From: Eledone cirrhosa
Taxonomy: Eukaryota
Assembly (NCBI GenBank): GCA_964016885.1
Contig: OZ024766.1
Coordinates: 3,038,001 to 3,102,000 of the forward strand
Reading direction: 5' to 3'
DNA: 64,000 nt
This document shows, in pieces, positions 26,605-39,780 of the stretch. Below the pieces are notes generated by a model. The model saw only the letters and a list, made by a program, of their open reading frames with translations, made no database searches and was not told where the DNA came from. A program made the position numbers and the translations under genes. Position 1 is the first letter of the stretch, and every line of letters begins with the position of its first letter.

Positions 26605-27396
26605 TCATGGATAAGGTTTCTCTCCTGTATGAATATATTTGTGTTGAGTTAATTTACATTTTTGAGAAAATGATTTACCACAGATTTCACACTGATGAGG
26701 TTTCTCTCCCGTATGAATATATTTGTGTCTAGTTAAGCTACTTGACAGAGAGAATGATTTACCACAGATATCACACTGATGAGGTTTCTCTCCTGTATGA
26801 ATAAGTTTGTGTTTAGTTAAGTCACTTGAATAAGAAAATGATTTACCACAGATATCACAGTGATAAGGTTTCTCTCCTGTATGAAGACGTATGTGTTGAG
26901 TTAAGCTACTTGACAGAGAGAATGATTTACCACAGATATCACACTGATGAGGTTTCTCTCCTGTATGAATAAGTTTGTGTTTAGTTAAGTCACTTGAATG
27001 AGAAAATGATTTACAACAGATATCACAGTGATAAGGTTTCTCTCCTGTATGAATACGTACGTGTCTGGTTAAGTCATTTGTACCAGAGAATGATTTACCA
27101 CAGACATCACAATGATGTGGTTTCTCTCCTGTGTGAATATATTTGTGTTGAGTTAGGTTACCTTTTTGAGAAAATGATTTACCACAGATATTACAGTGAT
27201 GAGGTTTCTTTCCTTTATGAATATGTTTGTGAGTAGCTAGCTTATCTCTATCAGAAAATAATTTACCACAGATATTACAGTGATAAGATTTCTCTCTGGT
27301 ATGAATATATTTGTGTCTAGGTACGTCACGTCTACGAGAGAATGATTTACCACAGATATCACAGCAGTATGATGATTTTCCTTTCTCTTCTGACAT
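26605..27396 (-). CDS. C2H2 zinc-finger protein ZNF-3, 9 fingers, truncated by a 2-nt deletion; 3 more fingers out of frame to about 26367
   Basis: ATG of MSEEKGKSS at 27396; ORF ends KPYP-TGA; downstream sequence aligns to the last fingers and stop region of ZNF-2 and ZNF-4. Confidence 0.8.
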   Translation of the reverse strand: MSEEKGKSSYCCDICGKSFSRRRDVPRHKYIHTREKSYHCNICGKLFSDRDKLATHKHIHKGKKPHHCNICGKSFSQKGNLTQHKYIHTGEKPHHCDVCGKSFSGTNDLTRHVRIHTGEKPYHCDICCKSFSHSSDLTKHKLIHTGEKPHQCDICGKSFSLSSSLTQHIRLHTGEKPYHCDICGKSFSYSSDLTKHKLIHTGEKPHQCDICGKSFSLSSSLTRHKYIHTGEKPHQCEICGKSFSQKCKLTQHKYIHTGEKPYP

Positions 27397-29381
27397 CCCT
27401 TCAAGAAAAAATATCAATCTTTCCCAGAATTTTTTTTCTCTCAAACAATATGATGATATTTTTTGTTTTTATAATTTATTCCCAACAAATATTTTCAATG
27501 TTAAATTTCCATCGACTCTGATCTTTGTTGCAAATTAAAATGATGCAAAATCCTTTGTAAATTTACTCAAGTTTAATAAGAATGCAGAATCTTCTACACT
27601 TTCCAGATAGTGAAGAAGAGAAATCTGTCTATGAACCTCAGAAGAAATATTTCACTGTAATTCACCAAATGTTGATATAAAAAGACTTATGACTACTGAG
27701 TAAAATCTTTGGCCATTTAATCGATGATATTGATGATGTATTTGAAGTTAAATATTCTCTTCAGTCAATGTCATGCGATATTCTGAAAGAAAATACGATA
27801 TAAAGGATATTAAAATGTGACTCAACAGTGGAAATTACACAACATAACTATATTGATAAACTGTATATAAAAATCTTCACCTGAATAATTGAACTTATCC
27901 CTCCATCTTAAAGTCTAAAATGGTGTGTGAGTATATATATATCATCATCTGGTGGCCTCAGCCAAAATTGACTCAACAATTGATCTCCTTATGGATCTGT
28001 CATACATTGCTGTTGCCAAGTCCTGGGTATCAATACCAGAATCTCTGGAGATGACATCAGGATAGGAGAGCTTGTGGCCCCTGTTATTAGTGACTGCTTG
28101 TGGTTTCCAAAGCACTAATGGGGACACAGCCTCAGAGGTGGCACAATGCCAGTGACCAGTCCACTCGGTTAAATGCATATTTTGGTGCCATGATAAAACG
28201 CACTTAGTCCACACTGTAACATGCTTTGTGTTAGTTTCTATGGCTGGATGCCATTCCTATGTCAAAATACAGATAATAAATCAAGGTACTGTCAAAGGCC
28301 TTCTCTAGATATACAAAAGCTAAATATAGTGGTTTATTTTTGGCTAGGAACTTCTCATGTAGTTGTCTCACTAAGAAGAGGGTATCTCTGTAGTACTTTT
28401 GCCAGGCATGAAACCAAACTACATCTCAGGAAGAAGGTGGGAGTAAATTGTGAAAATTTATCCACGATAATTAAAAGTGGACACGTGTCAGACAGAACTT
28501 CAGTTTGTTCTTCACAGTATTACAACCTTATTATGTACAAACAATGTTAAGAAAACATGCGAAAAATAATTGCAACCAGAGAAACCTCCAAGGGTCCCAC
28601 CTGCTCAGTTTTCTAAAAAAAATGAGTCGTTTCTGACTGATTTTAAGGTTAGGTTTGTTGGTAACACAAAAAAAAACTAGGAAAATTAACAATTTTCCAC
28701 CGGACGACTGACAGGTGTTTTTACTGTAAATTCACCTTAAATTAAAACAGATTTAGGCTAAAATGTAGAGACATTTAATTTACTTTAAACAACAGAGTAC
28801 AGCTGAATATAAAATATATATTATAATACAAGGTAGTGAACATGATTAAATAGACGGAGGTAATTTAAATAATAAAGACACTCATAATAACAATATATTT
28901 TATATCACATGTAACAGTAGAATCTAGCTATTGTAAAATAAGACAACATTTCAGTCTAGAAGTATTTTCCTGTATATAAAAGTGACGAGGAAGAAATATG
29001 TCCAAAGTTGTTAAATATTTTCACTTGTATATAATTACTGTATCGTTGAAAGGTTCGCATAATTCTATTATTTACACACATTATTATAGACTTCAAGTAA
29101 ATCTTTCTCAACTTACCCCCTTCCCATGTAATCAATGTGTTGTCTTCTTATATTTTATTAAACAAAGAAATAATCTCTTTGTTGTTGTTGAATAAGAATT
29201 TCCAAAGATTTTATCAGATTTTCTTTGTCCGCCATTAACGTTGGTGTATCTTCTTATTCTTTAGCCACAGATTCGTATCTTGTCACAATGAACAAGTAGA
29301 ACTGGGTTTGCACTTTTTAGTCATTAAATTACGTTGTCTTCCTCGCATTTCCCTGCTCTCACTCTCTATCTACTTGCGTTA

Positions 29382-29427
<46 letters not shown>

Positions 29428-29522
29428 AGGGAGGTAGCCATCGTTGTTTATATAACAGACTGAATGAGTTACTGTGTATAACCCAATGAAACTTACGTAC
29501 CTGTACATGTCACAGCTGTAAC

Positions 29523-29583
<61 letters not shown>

Positions 29584-29703
29584 AAATTTCGCTCTACATG
29601 GCTGAATACAATAAATGTAATCTGAGTTTTTCGAATATTAATAATGTCATTCGATTCGTTTACAATTATGCAAACAAGCCTCAATTTTATAGCCATGTGA
29701 ACA

Positions 29704-29753
29704 GAACTGCAGACACTAATGTTTCTGGGTATCACCCTTCATCAGTGCAGTTC
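29704..29753 (-). ncRNA. Type I hammerhead ribozyme, best-formed copy in the window
   Basis: GAACTGCA-CTGATGA-aGGGT-gat-ACCCa-GAAA-CA-ttag-TG-TC-TGCAGTTC: perfect 8-bp stem I, complete core, 3-bp stem III, GUC cleavage triplet. Confidence 0.85.
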
Positions 29754-29916
29754 ATCTGCCAAACTGTCAGAGCTAGTGAAAATATATGCTATTTTCAAAA
29801 AAAGACAGTGACTGATTGGCCTGATTTGCATATTAACCGACTGGCTGATCAGGTCTGACACTTTGGCAGGTGAACAGTGAGCTGTACTGATGAAGGGTGA
29901 TACCCAGAAACATTAG
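29716..29916. repeat. Imperfect inverted repeat; right arm carries a 3'-truncated hammerhead (CTGATGA at 29887, GAAA at 29907)
   Basis: ctaatgtttctgggtatcacccttcatcagt...tgccaaactgtcaga mirrors tctgacactttggca...actgatgaagggtgatacccagaaacattag. Confidence 0.88.
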
Positions 29917-30360
29917 GTTTTTAGGGTCTTTTTGAGGCATTACATCAGACTGATTTCCTTGAAATTGTAACCATGTATTAATCAGTCACTTCTTCATACC
30001 TTGAGCAAAGAAAATCTAACTTTTTTTATGGCCTAGGGCCTGCATTAGGTGAAAAACTTCATTTTTTCAGCTTTTAATGTCTTTTTGGAAGCGTTACGTC
30101 TAGCCGATTTTCCCGAAATTTCAAGGCATATTAAGCACATAAAAAAAATTCATTTTCTTGATCCCCTAGGGCCCACATTAGGTAAATACCTGCATTTTTC
30201 CTGCTTCATCGAGGAAGATCTTAAAGATTATCCAGCCATCAGAGTATTCGGTTTATTTTCTTTACATATTGTCCAGGTATGCAGTTTTTCCACGATTAGG
30301 TGTTGGCGGCCCGCGTTCCAAAATACCTTATTCCGTGCAACGCCGGGTACCACTGCTAGT
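29917..30360 (+). mobile_element. Helitron-like non-autonomous fragment (3' end)
   Basis: Ends ttccgtgcaacgccgggtaccactgCTAG|T: GC-rich subterminal hairpin followed by CTAG and T; 5' boundary uncertain. Confidence 0.55.
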
Positions 30361-30370
30361 ATGATGTATA

Positions 30371-30457
<87 letters not shown>

Positions 30458-30545
30458 ATGTAAAAGCTAAACAGAAATAACAACACAATCAGTACAGTAT
30501 ATGGAAGGGATATATTAGGTTAATGTTTGATATAGCAGGAAGAGG

Positions 30546-30584
30546 GTCTTAACGTTTCGGACGCTAGTCCTTCATCAGAAAATG
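30546..30584 (-). ncRNA. Hammerhead-like core with weak stem I
   Basis: tttt-CTGATGA-aGGAC-tagc-GTCC-GAAA-CGTTA-aga; AACGTT palindrome at stem III. Confidence 0.55.
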
Positions 30585-30665
30585 AGAAATAAGATAGATT
30601 GAGGGGATGGGCGGGATGGAATTGGAATATATATGTTTGTATGTGTACTTGTGTATGTGTGTTTA

Positions 30666-30697
<32 letters not shown>

Positions 30698-30717
30698 CTT
30701 GTGTATGTGTGTTTATA

Positions 30718-30756
<39 letters not shown>

Positions 30757-31108
30757 TTGTGTATGTGTGTTTATGTGTGCATATATATGTGTGTGTGTAT
30801 ATTTGCATGCTTCCATATGTTTATATTTTCACTTGACACACACACGTATCTATATGTAGTTTTGCATATGTAATTGTATTTATGTATAAGTTTATGTCAC
30901 TGGACCGAGACCTTTGGCGGTACTCAGTAATAGAGAAGACCCGCCTTACCTAAATACAAAGTAAAACCTACTACAGTCAGTAGGCATCTCTAACAAAATA
31001 CACCCCTGTCCCATCCACACCGCCCCTTTCAATGTAAAGTTATGTTGGTGCCACAACATCCAGGCCGAAACAAATGAGATCGTATAGGGGTCACGACAAA
31101 AAAAAAAC

Positions 31109-31385
31109 ACAGTCCACGCTGTAATGTGGCCGTGTAGGCAACACGGTAAAAACCTCCCAGTCCCACACTGTAAATGTGGTTGGTGTTAGGAAGGGCATCC
31201 AGCTGTAGAAAACCCGCCAGACAGTCCACGCTGTAATGTGGCCGTGTAGGCAACACGGTAAAAACCTCCCAGTCCCACACTGTAAATGTGGTTGGTGTTA
31301 GGAAGGGCATCCAGCTGTAGAAAACCCGCCAGACAGTCCACGCTGTAATGTAGCCGTGTAGGCAACACGGTAAAAACCTCCCAGC
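31109..31385. repeat. 112-bp tandem repeat (2.5 copies) inside an RTE-tailed SINE-like element
   Basis: agtccacgctgtaatgt at 31111, 31223, 31335; followed by ggacgttaaacgatgat tail. Confidence 0.85.
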
Positions 31386-31479
31386 CTCACGCTGCAAGCA
31401 TGGAACACGGACGTTAAACGATGATAATGATGATGTATGTGATGCCTTTGCATCATTTTGTCCGGCTGCTTTTCTATAT

Positions 31480-31860
31480 ACTAGCAGAATGGCCCGGCGT
31501 TGCTCGGGATTTGCTCTAGGGTTCTTATATATTTGATATATATTTATCCTTATCGAGCCTCGTGAAATAAATACGTTTGTTTATATTTTGTTATTGTGTA
31601 TGCAACAATATCTATACACGAATGTATATATATATATATTAAAATAACAGATTAAAGTTTAAGCAAAGAATCGCTGCTTTCACCCTTAACGGGATCTTCT
31701 GACACTAAAAAAAAATCAATCTGTGAATGCAGAAGTAAATATTTTGAAAAACGTTACACACTATATATATATATACAAATATATACACACACCACGTCAT
31801 AATGTTGTAATGCAGACAGCCAGACATACAGACAGATATTATAAGGGTGCAACGTTATAT
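31480..31860 (-). mobile_element. Helitron-like non-autonomous element (related copy about 24690-25315)
   Basis: Minus strand ends cccgagcaacgccgggccattctgCTAG|T, similar to the end at 30333-30360; internal blocks shared with 24790-25315. Confidence 0.55.
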
Positions 31861-32434
31861 CTATGTATCTATCTAAAAAGAGAAAGATTAAGAATTATAG
31901 AGAGATCGCTAAATTGCCTAATACGGTCCATAGGGCAGTGAAAATTTGACCATAAGTATTACATTTTTTGTTGTGACACCTACACGACCACTTTACAGTG
32001 TGGGCTGGCTGCTTTTTTACCATGGCACCTACATGACCACTTTACAGTGTGGGCTGGATGTTTTTTTTTGTGACACCTACACGACCACTTTACAGTGTGG
32101 GCTGAGTGTTGACCACTTTACAGTGTGGGCTGAGTGTTTTTTTGTTGTGACACCTACACAACCACTTTATAGTGATGTTATCCTTGATATGAGATATTTC
32201 ACAGCTACTTACCTACAATATCAAATATAGAATATTTTCTTACTTCAGGAAATTTGTTAGATACAACTAAAATGCTTTTATTAAAAATACAACAATATCA
32301 AATTATCTCACCAATGTAAGATATAGTTGTAGTGTTTGATGGTTGTTATTACAGTGTAATATCTTCTTTCATATGTAGATATATTTATGGTTCAAAAGAC
32401 AAGTTTCATAAAATGATTTTTGACACTGATACTG

Positions 32435-33298
32435 TTACACTTCTATATGAACACATATATGTGTAGTTAATTTGCTATTTTGAGAGAATGATTCACCACA
32501 GATATTACACTGAAGAGCTTTCTCTCCTGTATGAATATATTTGTGCCGAGATAAGCTACTCGATTGAGAGAATGATTTACCACAGATATCGCAGTGGTGA
32601 GGTTTCTCTCCTGTATGAATAAGTTTGTGTTTAGTTAAGGCACTAGATTGAGAAAATGATTTACCACAGATATCACAGTGATAAGGTTTCTCTCCTGTAT
32701 GAAGACGTATGTGTTGAGTTAAGCGACTTGACACAGAGAATGATTTACCACAGATATCACACTGATGAGGTTTCTCTCCTGTATGAATATGTTTGTGTAT
32801 AGTTAAGTCACTTGAATAAGAAAATGATTTACCACAGATATCACAATGATGAGGTTTCTCTCCTGTATGAATAAGTTTGTGTTTAGTTAAGTCACATGAA
32901 GAAGAACACGATTTACCACAGATATCACAGTGATAAGGTTTCTCTCCTGTATGAATACGTACGTGTCTGGTTAAGTCATTTGTACCAGAGAATGATTTAC
33001 CACAGACATCACAGTGATGAGGTTTCTCTCCTGTGTGAATATATTTGTGTTGAGTTAGGTTACCTTTTCGAGAAAATGATTTATCACAGATATCACAGTG
33101 ATGAGATTTCTCTTCTTTATGAATACGTTTGTGAGTAGCTAGCTTATCTCTATCAGAAAATAATTTACCACAGATATTACAGTGATAAGATTTCTCTCTG
33201 GTATGAATATATTTGTGTCTAGGTACGTCACGTCTACGAGAGAATGATTTACCACAGATATCACAGCAGTATGATGATTTTCCTTTCTCTTCTGACAT
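32435..33298 (-). CDS. C2H2 zinc-finger protein ZNF-4, 10 fingers
   Basis: ATG of MSEEKGKSS at 33298; fingers 1-4 nearly identical to ZNF-3; native C-terminus HIEV-stop equivalent to ZNF-2 HTEV-stop. Confidence 0.9.
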   Translation of the reverse strand: MSEEKGKSSYCCDICGKSFSRRRDVPRHKYIHTREKSYHCNICGKLFSDRDKLATHKRIHKEEKSHHCDICDKSFSRKGNLTQHKYIHTGEKPHHCDVCGKSFSGTNDLTRHVRIHTGEKPYHCDICGKSCSSSCDLTKHKLIHTGEKPHHCDICGKSFSYSSDLTIHKHIHTGEKPHQCDICGKSFSVSSRLTQHIRLHTGEKPYHCDICGKSFSQSSALTKHKLIHTGEKPHHCDICGKSFSQSSSLSRHKYIHTGEKALQCNICGESFSQNSKLTTHICVHIEV

Positions 33299-33856
33299 CT
33301 CTTCAAGAAAAAATATCAATCTTTCCCAGAATTTTTTTTCTCTCAAACAATATGATGATATTTTTTGTTTTTATAATTTATTCCCAACAAATATTTTCAA
33401 AGTTAAATTTCCATCAACTCTGATCTTTGTTGCAAATTAAAATGATGCAAAATCCTTTGTAAATTTACTTAAGTTTAATAAGAATGCAGAATCTTCTACA
33501 CTTTCCAGATAGTGAAGAAGAGAAATCTGTCTATGAACCTCAGAAGAAATATTTCACTGTAATTCACCAAATGTTGATATAAAAAGACTTATATGACTAC
33601 TGAGTAAAATCTTTGGGCCATTTAATCGATGATATTGATGATGTATTTAAAGTTAAAGATTCTCTTCAGTCAATGTCATGTGATATTCTGAAAGAAAATA
33701 CGATATAGAGGATATTAAAATATGACTCAACAGTGGAAATTACACAACATAACTATATTGATAAACTGTATATAGAAATCTTCACCTGAATAATTGTACT
33801 TATCCCTCCATCTTAAAGTCTAAAATGGTGTGTGTATGTGTATGTGTGTGTGCGTG

Positions 33857-34318
<462 letters not shown>

Positions 34319-34584
34319 CATCATCTGGTGGCCTCAGCCGAAATTGACTCAACAATTGATCTCCATGTGGGTCTGTCATTCATTGCTGTTGCCAAGTCCT
34401 GGATTTCAATACCAGAATCTCTGGCACAATGGCAGATGCCAGCAAATCTTACTCTCCTCCTTTTATGTACAACGACAGATATGCGTGGGACGCCGGCATA
34501 TATTTCTTACAAAGTCAGATGTCTCCAGCTTATGTTCTGAATGTCTTGAAGTAGGCAATCAAATTATAAATGGCAGAATCATAT

Positions 34585-36175
34585 GCAAAGACTGGTAAAG
34601 GTAAAGGGGATGCTCTGGAGGGGAGAAATTATAGGGGCATAAAACTGATGGATCAGGTTATGAAAGTGACAGAAAGAGTGCTAGCACAACTGATTAGAGA
34701 AAGACTCAAATTTTGGTGCCATTATAAAACACACTTAGTCCACACTGTAACATGCTGTGTTAGGAATGGCATCCAGCCATAGAAACTCTGTCAAAATATA
34801 GATAATAGATCAAGGTACTCTGTCAAAGGCCTTCACTTGATCTTCAAAAGCTAAATATAGTGGTTTATTTTTGGCTAGGAACTTCTCATGTAGTTGTCTC
34901 ACTAAGAAGAGGGTATCTCTGTAGTACCTTTGCCAGGCATAAAACCAAACTGCATCTCATCTATTTTGAATATTTCCCCAATTAGCTGTGCTATAACTCC
35001 TTTGATTACTTTCATAACATGGTCCATTAGTTTTATTCCTCTATAGTTGCTCCTTTCTAGGGCATCACCTTTGACCTTGTAGCAATTTATGATTGTACTG
35101 CTGCACCAGTCATTGGGTATGACTGTCATGTATTACTTGATTTACTATACGGGTTACTAGTTTGACTGCTATCTCTCCGGCTGCTTCTAACAGCTCACTA
35201 ACTATCTCTGATGGTCCCGCTACTTTTACCATTCTTCATCTCCTTGATTATGTCTTTGACCCTAAAACTATCACCTTCAATAGCTGGTCCTTCCTTTCAG
35301 TAAGTTTGGGGTTGTTTCCCTTTCTCCCCATCATTCTCATCAACCTCTCATAATAACTGTTTCTACTTTAGGCACAAGGCCAGCAATTACCCAGTGCATT
35401 ACTGGTACTTTATTTTATCGACCCCGTAAGGATGAAAGGCAAAGTTAACCTCGGTGGGATTTGAACTCAGATCGTAAAGGGACGTAACTATGCTGGAAAG
35501 CATGGCGTCCGACCCTCTACCGATACTGCCAAAATAACATTTCCAGGCCTCTTTCTTTTGGGCATCAAGGAATTCAAGGTACAGGTAGGAGTTCATCAAG
35601 GTTCAGTTCTAAGCCCACTGCTGTTCAACATAGTTCTCACCATAACAGAGCAGTTTAAAACGGGTTGCTCATGGGAGCTACTCTATGCAGATGATTTGGT
35701 CCTTATAACTGACACCAAAAAAAAAAAAGAACTAAAAAATAAATTCTGATTATGGAAACTGAATTTGGAATCAAAAGGTCTGAGAGTAAACTTATTCAAA
35801 ACTAAAGTGGTAGTGAATAGGGGAGAAGATAAGACCCTGATTCCCTCAGGGTAGTGGCCATGCTCAATATGGAGGAAAGAAGTAGGCATAAACTCCATAG
35901 AATGTACACAATGTATATCTTGGCAACACAAAAGATGTAGTGGAATAACAAATAGATTAATGGGAAGGGAGAACTTTGCATGTAGAAGACACACAGGAGA
36001 AATCGAGAGGAAGTGTGTTAGTGATATATAAACCTTTTCCAGTCACAGGAAGGATCCACAGATGTGATTGATAGCTTCTGCTATGAAGGTGACCAAATTA
36101 GCAGCAGAGGAGGGTGCACTGAGAGTATAATAGCTGTAATAAAGATAGGATGAGAACTGCTCCCACTGTTGAAAA
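34585..36175. mobile_element. Mosaic of decayed RTE LINE fragments in both orientations plus a family B SINE
   Basis: GKGDALEGRNYRGIKL (+), DWCSSTIINCYK..QFGF (-), GVHQGSVLSPLLF..YADD (+). Confidence 0.8.
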
Positions 36176-37325
36176 AAAAAAGGGGTTCTCCCTACATACA
36201 AGTCAGAGTTCCAACTAATGGAAATCATATTCGTTGTGCTTTTTATGATTTTGACTGGGTTTTTACTAGCTGGATGCCCTTCCTATCACCAACCCCTTTA
36301 CAGCGTAGACTGGGCACATTGTTCAAACCAGGTTATTTTTAGCTGTGATACACACAAATAATTATGACCTTATGTAATGGAATTATGACTATAGTTTCTT
36401 CCAAACTCTTCCCATGCAGTTCAGAAAATTGTTTTCTCCTATGGTGTTTGTTATATTTTAAACGAATCTGACCTTCAAAGACACCAAAACCAATAGGAAA
36501 GACATAAATTTCACCCCCAAAGGAAGACAGTGGGAGTAAATTGGTAAAATTTATCCACAATAATTAAAAGTCGACATGTGTCAGACAGAACTTCAGTTTG
36601 TTCTTCACAGTATTACAACCTTACTAAGTACAAACAACGTTAAGAAAACATGCGAAAAATAATTGCCACCAGAGAAACCTCCAAATGTCCCACCTGCCCC
36701 GATTTAATTTATTTTAAACCATAAAGTACAGCTGAATATAAAATATATATTATAATACAAGGTAGTGAACATGATTAAATAGACGGAGGTAACTTAAATA
36801 ATAAAGACACTCATAATAACAATCTATTTTATATCACATGTAACAGTAGAATCTAGCTATTGTAAAATAAGACAACATTTCAGTCTAGAAGTATTTTCCT
36901 GTATATAAAAGTGACGAGGAAGAAATATGTCCAAAGTTGTTAAATATTTTCACTTGTATATAATTACTGTATCGTTGAAAGGTTCACATAATTCTATTAT
37001 TTACACACATTATTATAGACTTCAAGTAAATCTTTCTCAACTTACCCTCTTCACATGTAATCAATGTGTTGTCTTCTTATATTTTATTAAACAAAGAAAT
37101 AATCTCTGTTGTTGTTGAATAAGAATTTTCAAAGATTTCGTCAGCTTTTCTTTGTCCGCCATTAATGTTGGTGTATCTTCTTATTCTTTAGCCACAGATT
37201 CGTATCTTGTCACAATTAAGCAGTTAAGCTAGCTTTTTTTGTTTAAGGTATATGTTCCTCCTTGTCTTTCCGATTTGCCTCTCTACGCATGTGTATGTGT
37301 GTTTATATATATATATATGTATGTA

Positions 37326-37365
<40 letters not shown>

Positions 37366-37434
37366 CACGCACACACACGTATATAAAAACACACACATGC
37401 GCCTCCCCCCCCTCGGAACTATTTTCCTGCCCAC

Positions 37435-37468
37435 TTTTCTCCTGATGAAGGGTTTATGCCCGAAACGC
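37435..37468 (+). ncRNA. Truncated hammerhead-like core
   Basis: ttttctc-CTGATGA-aGGGT-ttat-GCCC-GAAA-CG then a poly-C tract; no cleavage triplet or stem I partner. Eroded paralogue at about 46943. Confidence 0.42.
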
Positions 37469-37924
37469 CCCCCCCCCCCACCCCCTCTCAAGCGTGAAAC
37501 TAATATTAACATTTGTTTTTGTTTTCTATCTCAACGATAATATATATATATACGTGTGTGTATGTGTGAGTCTATATATATATATTTCGTTTTTTAATGC
37601 TTTGCAAGATTATTTTTACCTGAAAACTTGTGTTGAAACAGATATTGTTATACTTTGGGAGGGTCATTCTGCCAATTAAAACACACACTCCCGTTGTTTT
37701 TCAATTCAATTTATTATAAATTTCAGGTTGGTTGGTTTAATAACCAGATGGTTATTTATATATTGCCAAAGCCCTTTCATCACACATTGTGACCTCCTCA
37801 TTGACTGATTTCTTATTTTGTGTCTCTCCTGTCCCACACCAACTTGTTTTATCGAACGCTGTAACACCAGAGGACTGTGTCATTCCCATTGGGAGATTTC
37901 ATTGAGTCAGGTCTGCCTTTATCG

Positions 37925-38475
37925 TTTCATCCCACGTCTTCTCTAGGTGCCTCCTGTAGTCTTTAAAGTCCTGCACCACTTTAAACAGCTGTCATCCTTC
38001 ATGTGCATCCTATGACCATACCACCACAGTCTTCTACCCTGCACACAGCATTTGATCCCTCTTATGCCATTTTTGCCCATAATACATATACACTTTGCCG
38101 TTCATGAACAACTTTGTTACACATCCATCTGATCATATAGACTTTGTTTCTTTCCAATCTCCATAGGACCTCAGCACGCAGAGCCCATATTTTGCTACCA
38201 TGTAGCATTGCTGAGTGCATACAGGCATTGTAAAGTTTGCTTTTTATCTAGAGTGAGAGACCTTTTGTAGTTAACAGTTGCAGCAGCTCCCTCAACATTT
38301 TCTAACCCGCTCTTATCCTTGCAACTCTGCTTTATGCACAGCCTCCTCCTCAGCTGATTTTGTTCCCAAGATAGAAGAAGCTATCAGCAATTTCTATGGG
38401 GTCTTCTGCACATTTAAGGGCGCTTGCTATGTGAAGGTCTTTGCCAACTTCCCTTGTGCAGCGTTCACATATCAA
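37925..38475 (-). mobile_element. Decayed RTE LINE 3' fragment (paralogues about 46960-47750 and 60165-60850)
   Basis: MLHGSKIWAL..RLERN..GIKCCVQGRRLRWYGH in ORFs 46955-47143 and 60222-60488 and equivalent DNA here. Confidence 0.8.
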
Positions 38476-39189
38476 ATGTTTCTCGTCAGTAAAGAACTAA
38501 CATCCAATACATTTTACACATATGTATCATCTATTGACAATATGACATTTTAATAAAATGAGAGTTCTCTGATCATTATTTTACAAATATATTTAACCGT
38601 GAAGTCCGAAAGGTTGGCGACCATTGCTCTATGTAGAGTGGTTGGTTTTAGGAAGGGGCATCCAGTCATAGAATCTGTCAAAAAAGGTTGAGAGGACCCT
38701 GCAGCTATGTGAAGGGCATGACAACCTCTCCAGTGTTGGTGATACAAAATTGCATCCTCACCCAACAGACAAATATGACAGCATAGACCTTTGAGTGATG
38801 ACAAATATTCACTTCAAAACCCCCAATGTCCATTCAGTCTACAACATTATGGGATAGAAGATCCCTTACTCATACACAACAGGAAATGTGGGTGTTGCCC
38901 TCTAAATATTTCTTGAGGCCAGCTACAGCATTATGTCATGGGATAGAGGGTCCCTCAATTATACACAACAGGGAACGTGGTTGTTGCCAAAAAAATAAAT
39001 TTAAGAAGACAATTATCAGATATGAGAATAACTTTAATCACATTTAAAAATAAAATTAAAAAAATAGAAAATATTTAGAAGCTGTAGAAATACTAAGAGT
39101 TTCCTTGTGATATTAGTTGACAATAAGTTTATATATGTAACATGAAGGACATGTTACATTGCCAAGTTAAAATGTTTGTGTTTGTTTTT

Positions 39190-39780
39190 CTCTATTTAAG
39201 TCACTGGTAGGGCTTTCATCAGTGTCTCTTCTCTTGTGTGCATTTAAATTACTGCTACAGACAAAAGATTTCCCACACATTACACATTTTAAGGGTTTTT
39301 ATCCAGTGTCTGATCTTTTGTGTATATTTAAGTTATCAATAGTGACATGAGATTTACCCCATATTTCACAATGAAAGAATTTCTCTCCTGTATGAATGTA
39401 TTTGTGATTTGTTAAGTGACCCGAACGAGAGAATGATTTACCACAGATATGACAGAGGTGTGGCTTCTCTCCTGTATGTATATATTTGTGTTTAGCTAAG
39501 CTACTTCACTGCGGGAATACCTTACCAGTTATCAGTGATGAGGTTTCTCTCCTGTATGTAGACGTATGTGTCTAGTTAAGAGATGATTTCAAGAGAATGA
39601 TTTACCACAGATATCACAGTGGTGATGATTCTCACTTGTATGACTATATTTATGTACAGTTAATTGACCGGACTGAGAGAATGACTTTCCACAGATATCA
39701 CAGTGGTAAAGTTTCTCAACTGAATGAATATATTTATGTTGAGTTAAGCAACTGACTGAGAAAATGGCTAACCACAGATT
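39190..39780 (-). pseudogene. Degenerate finger tail of ZNF-5 (about 7 broken fingers; equivalents about 49350-49832 and 61620-62041)
   Basis: 84-bp finger periodicity continues beyond the stop, with indels and stops. Confidence 0.82.
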
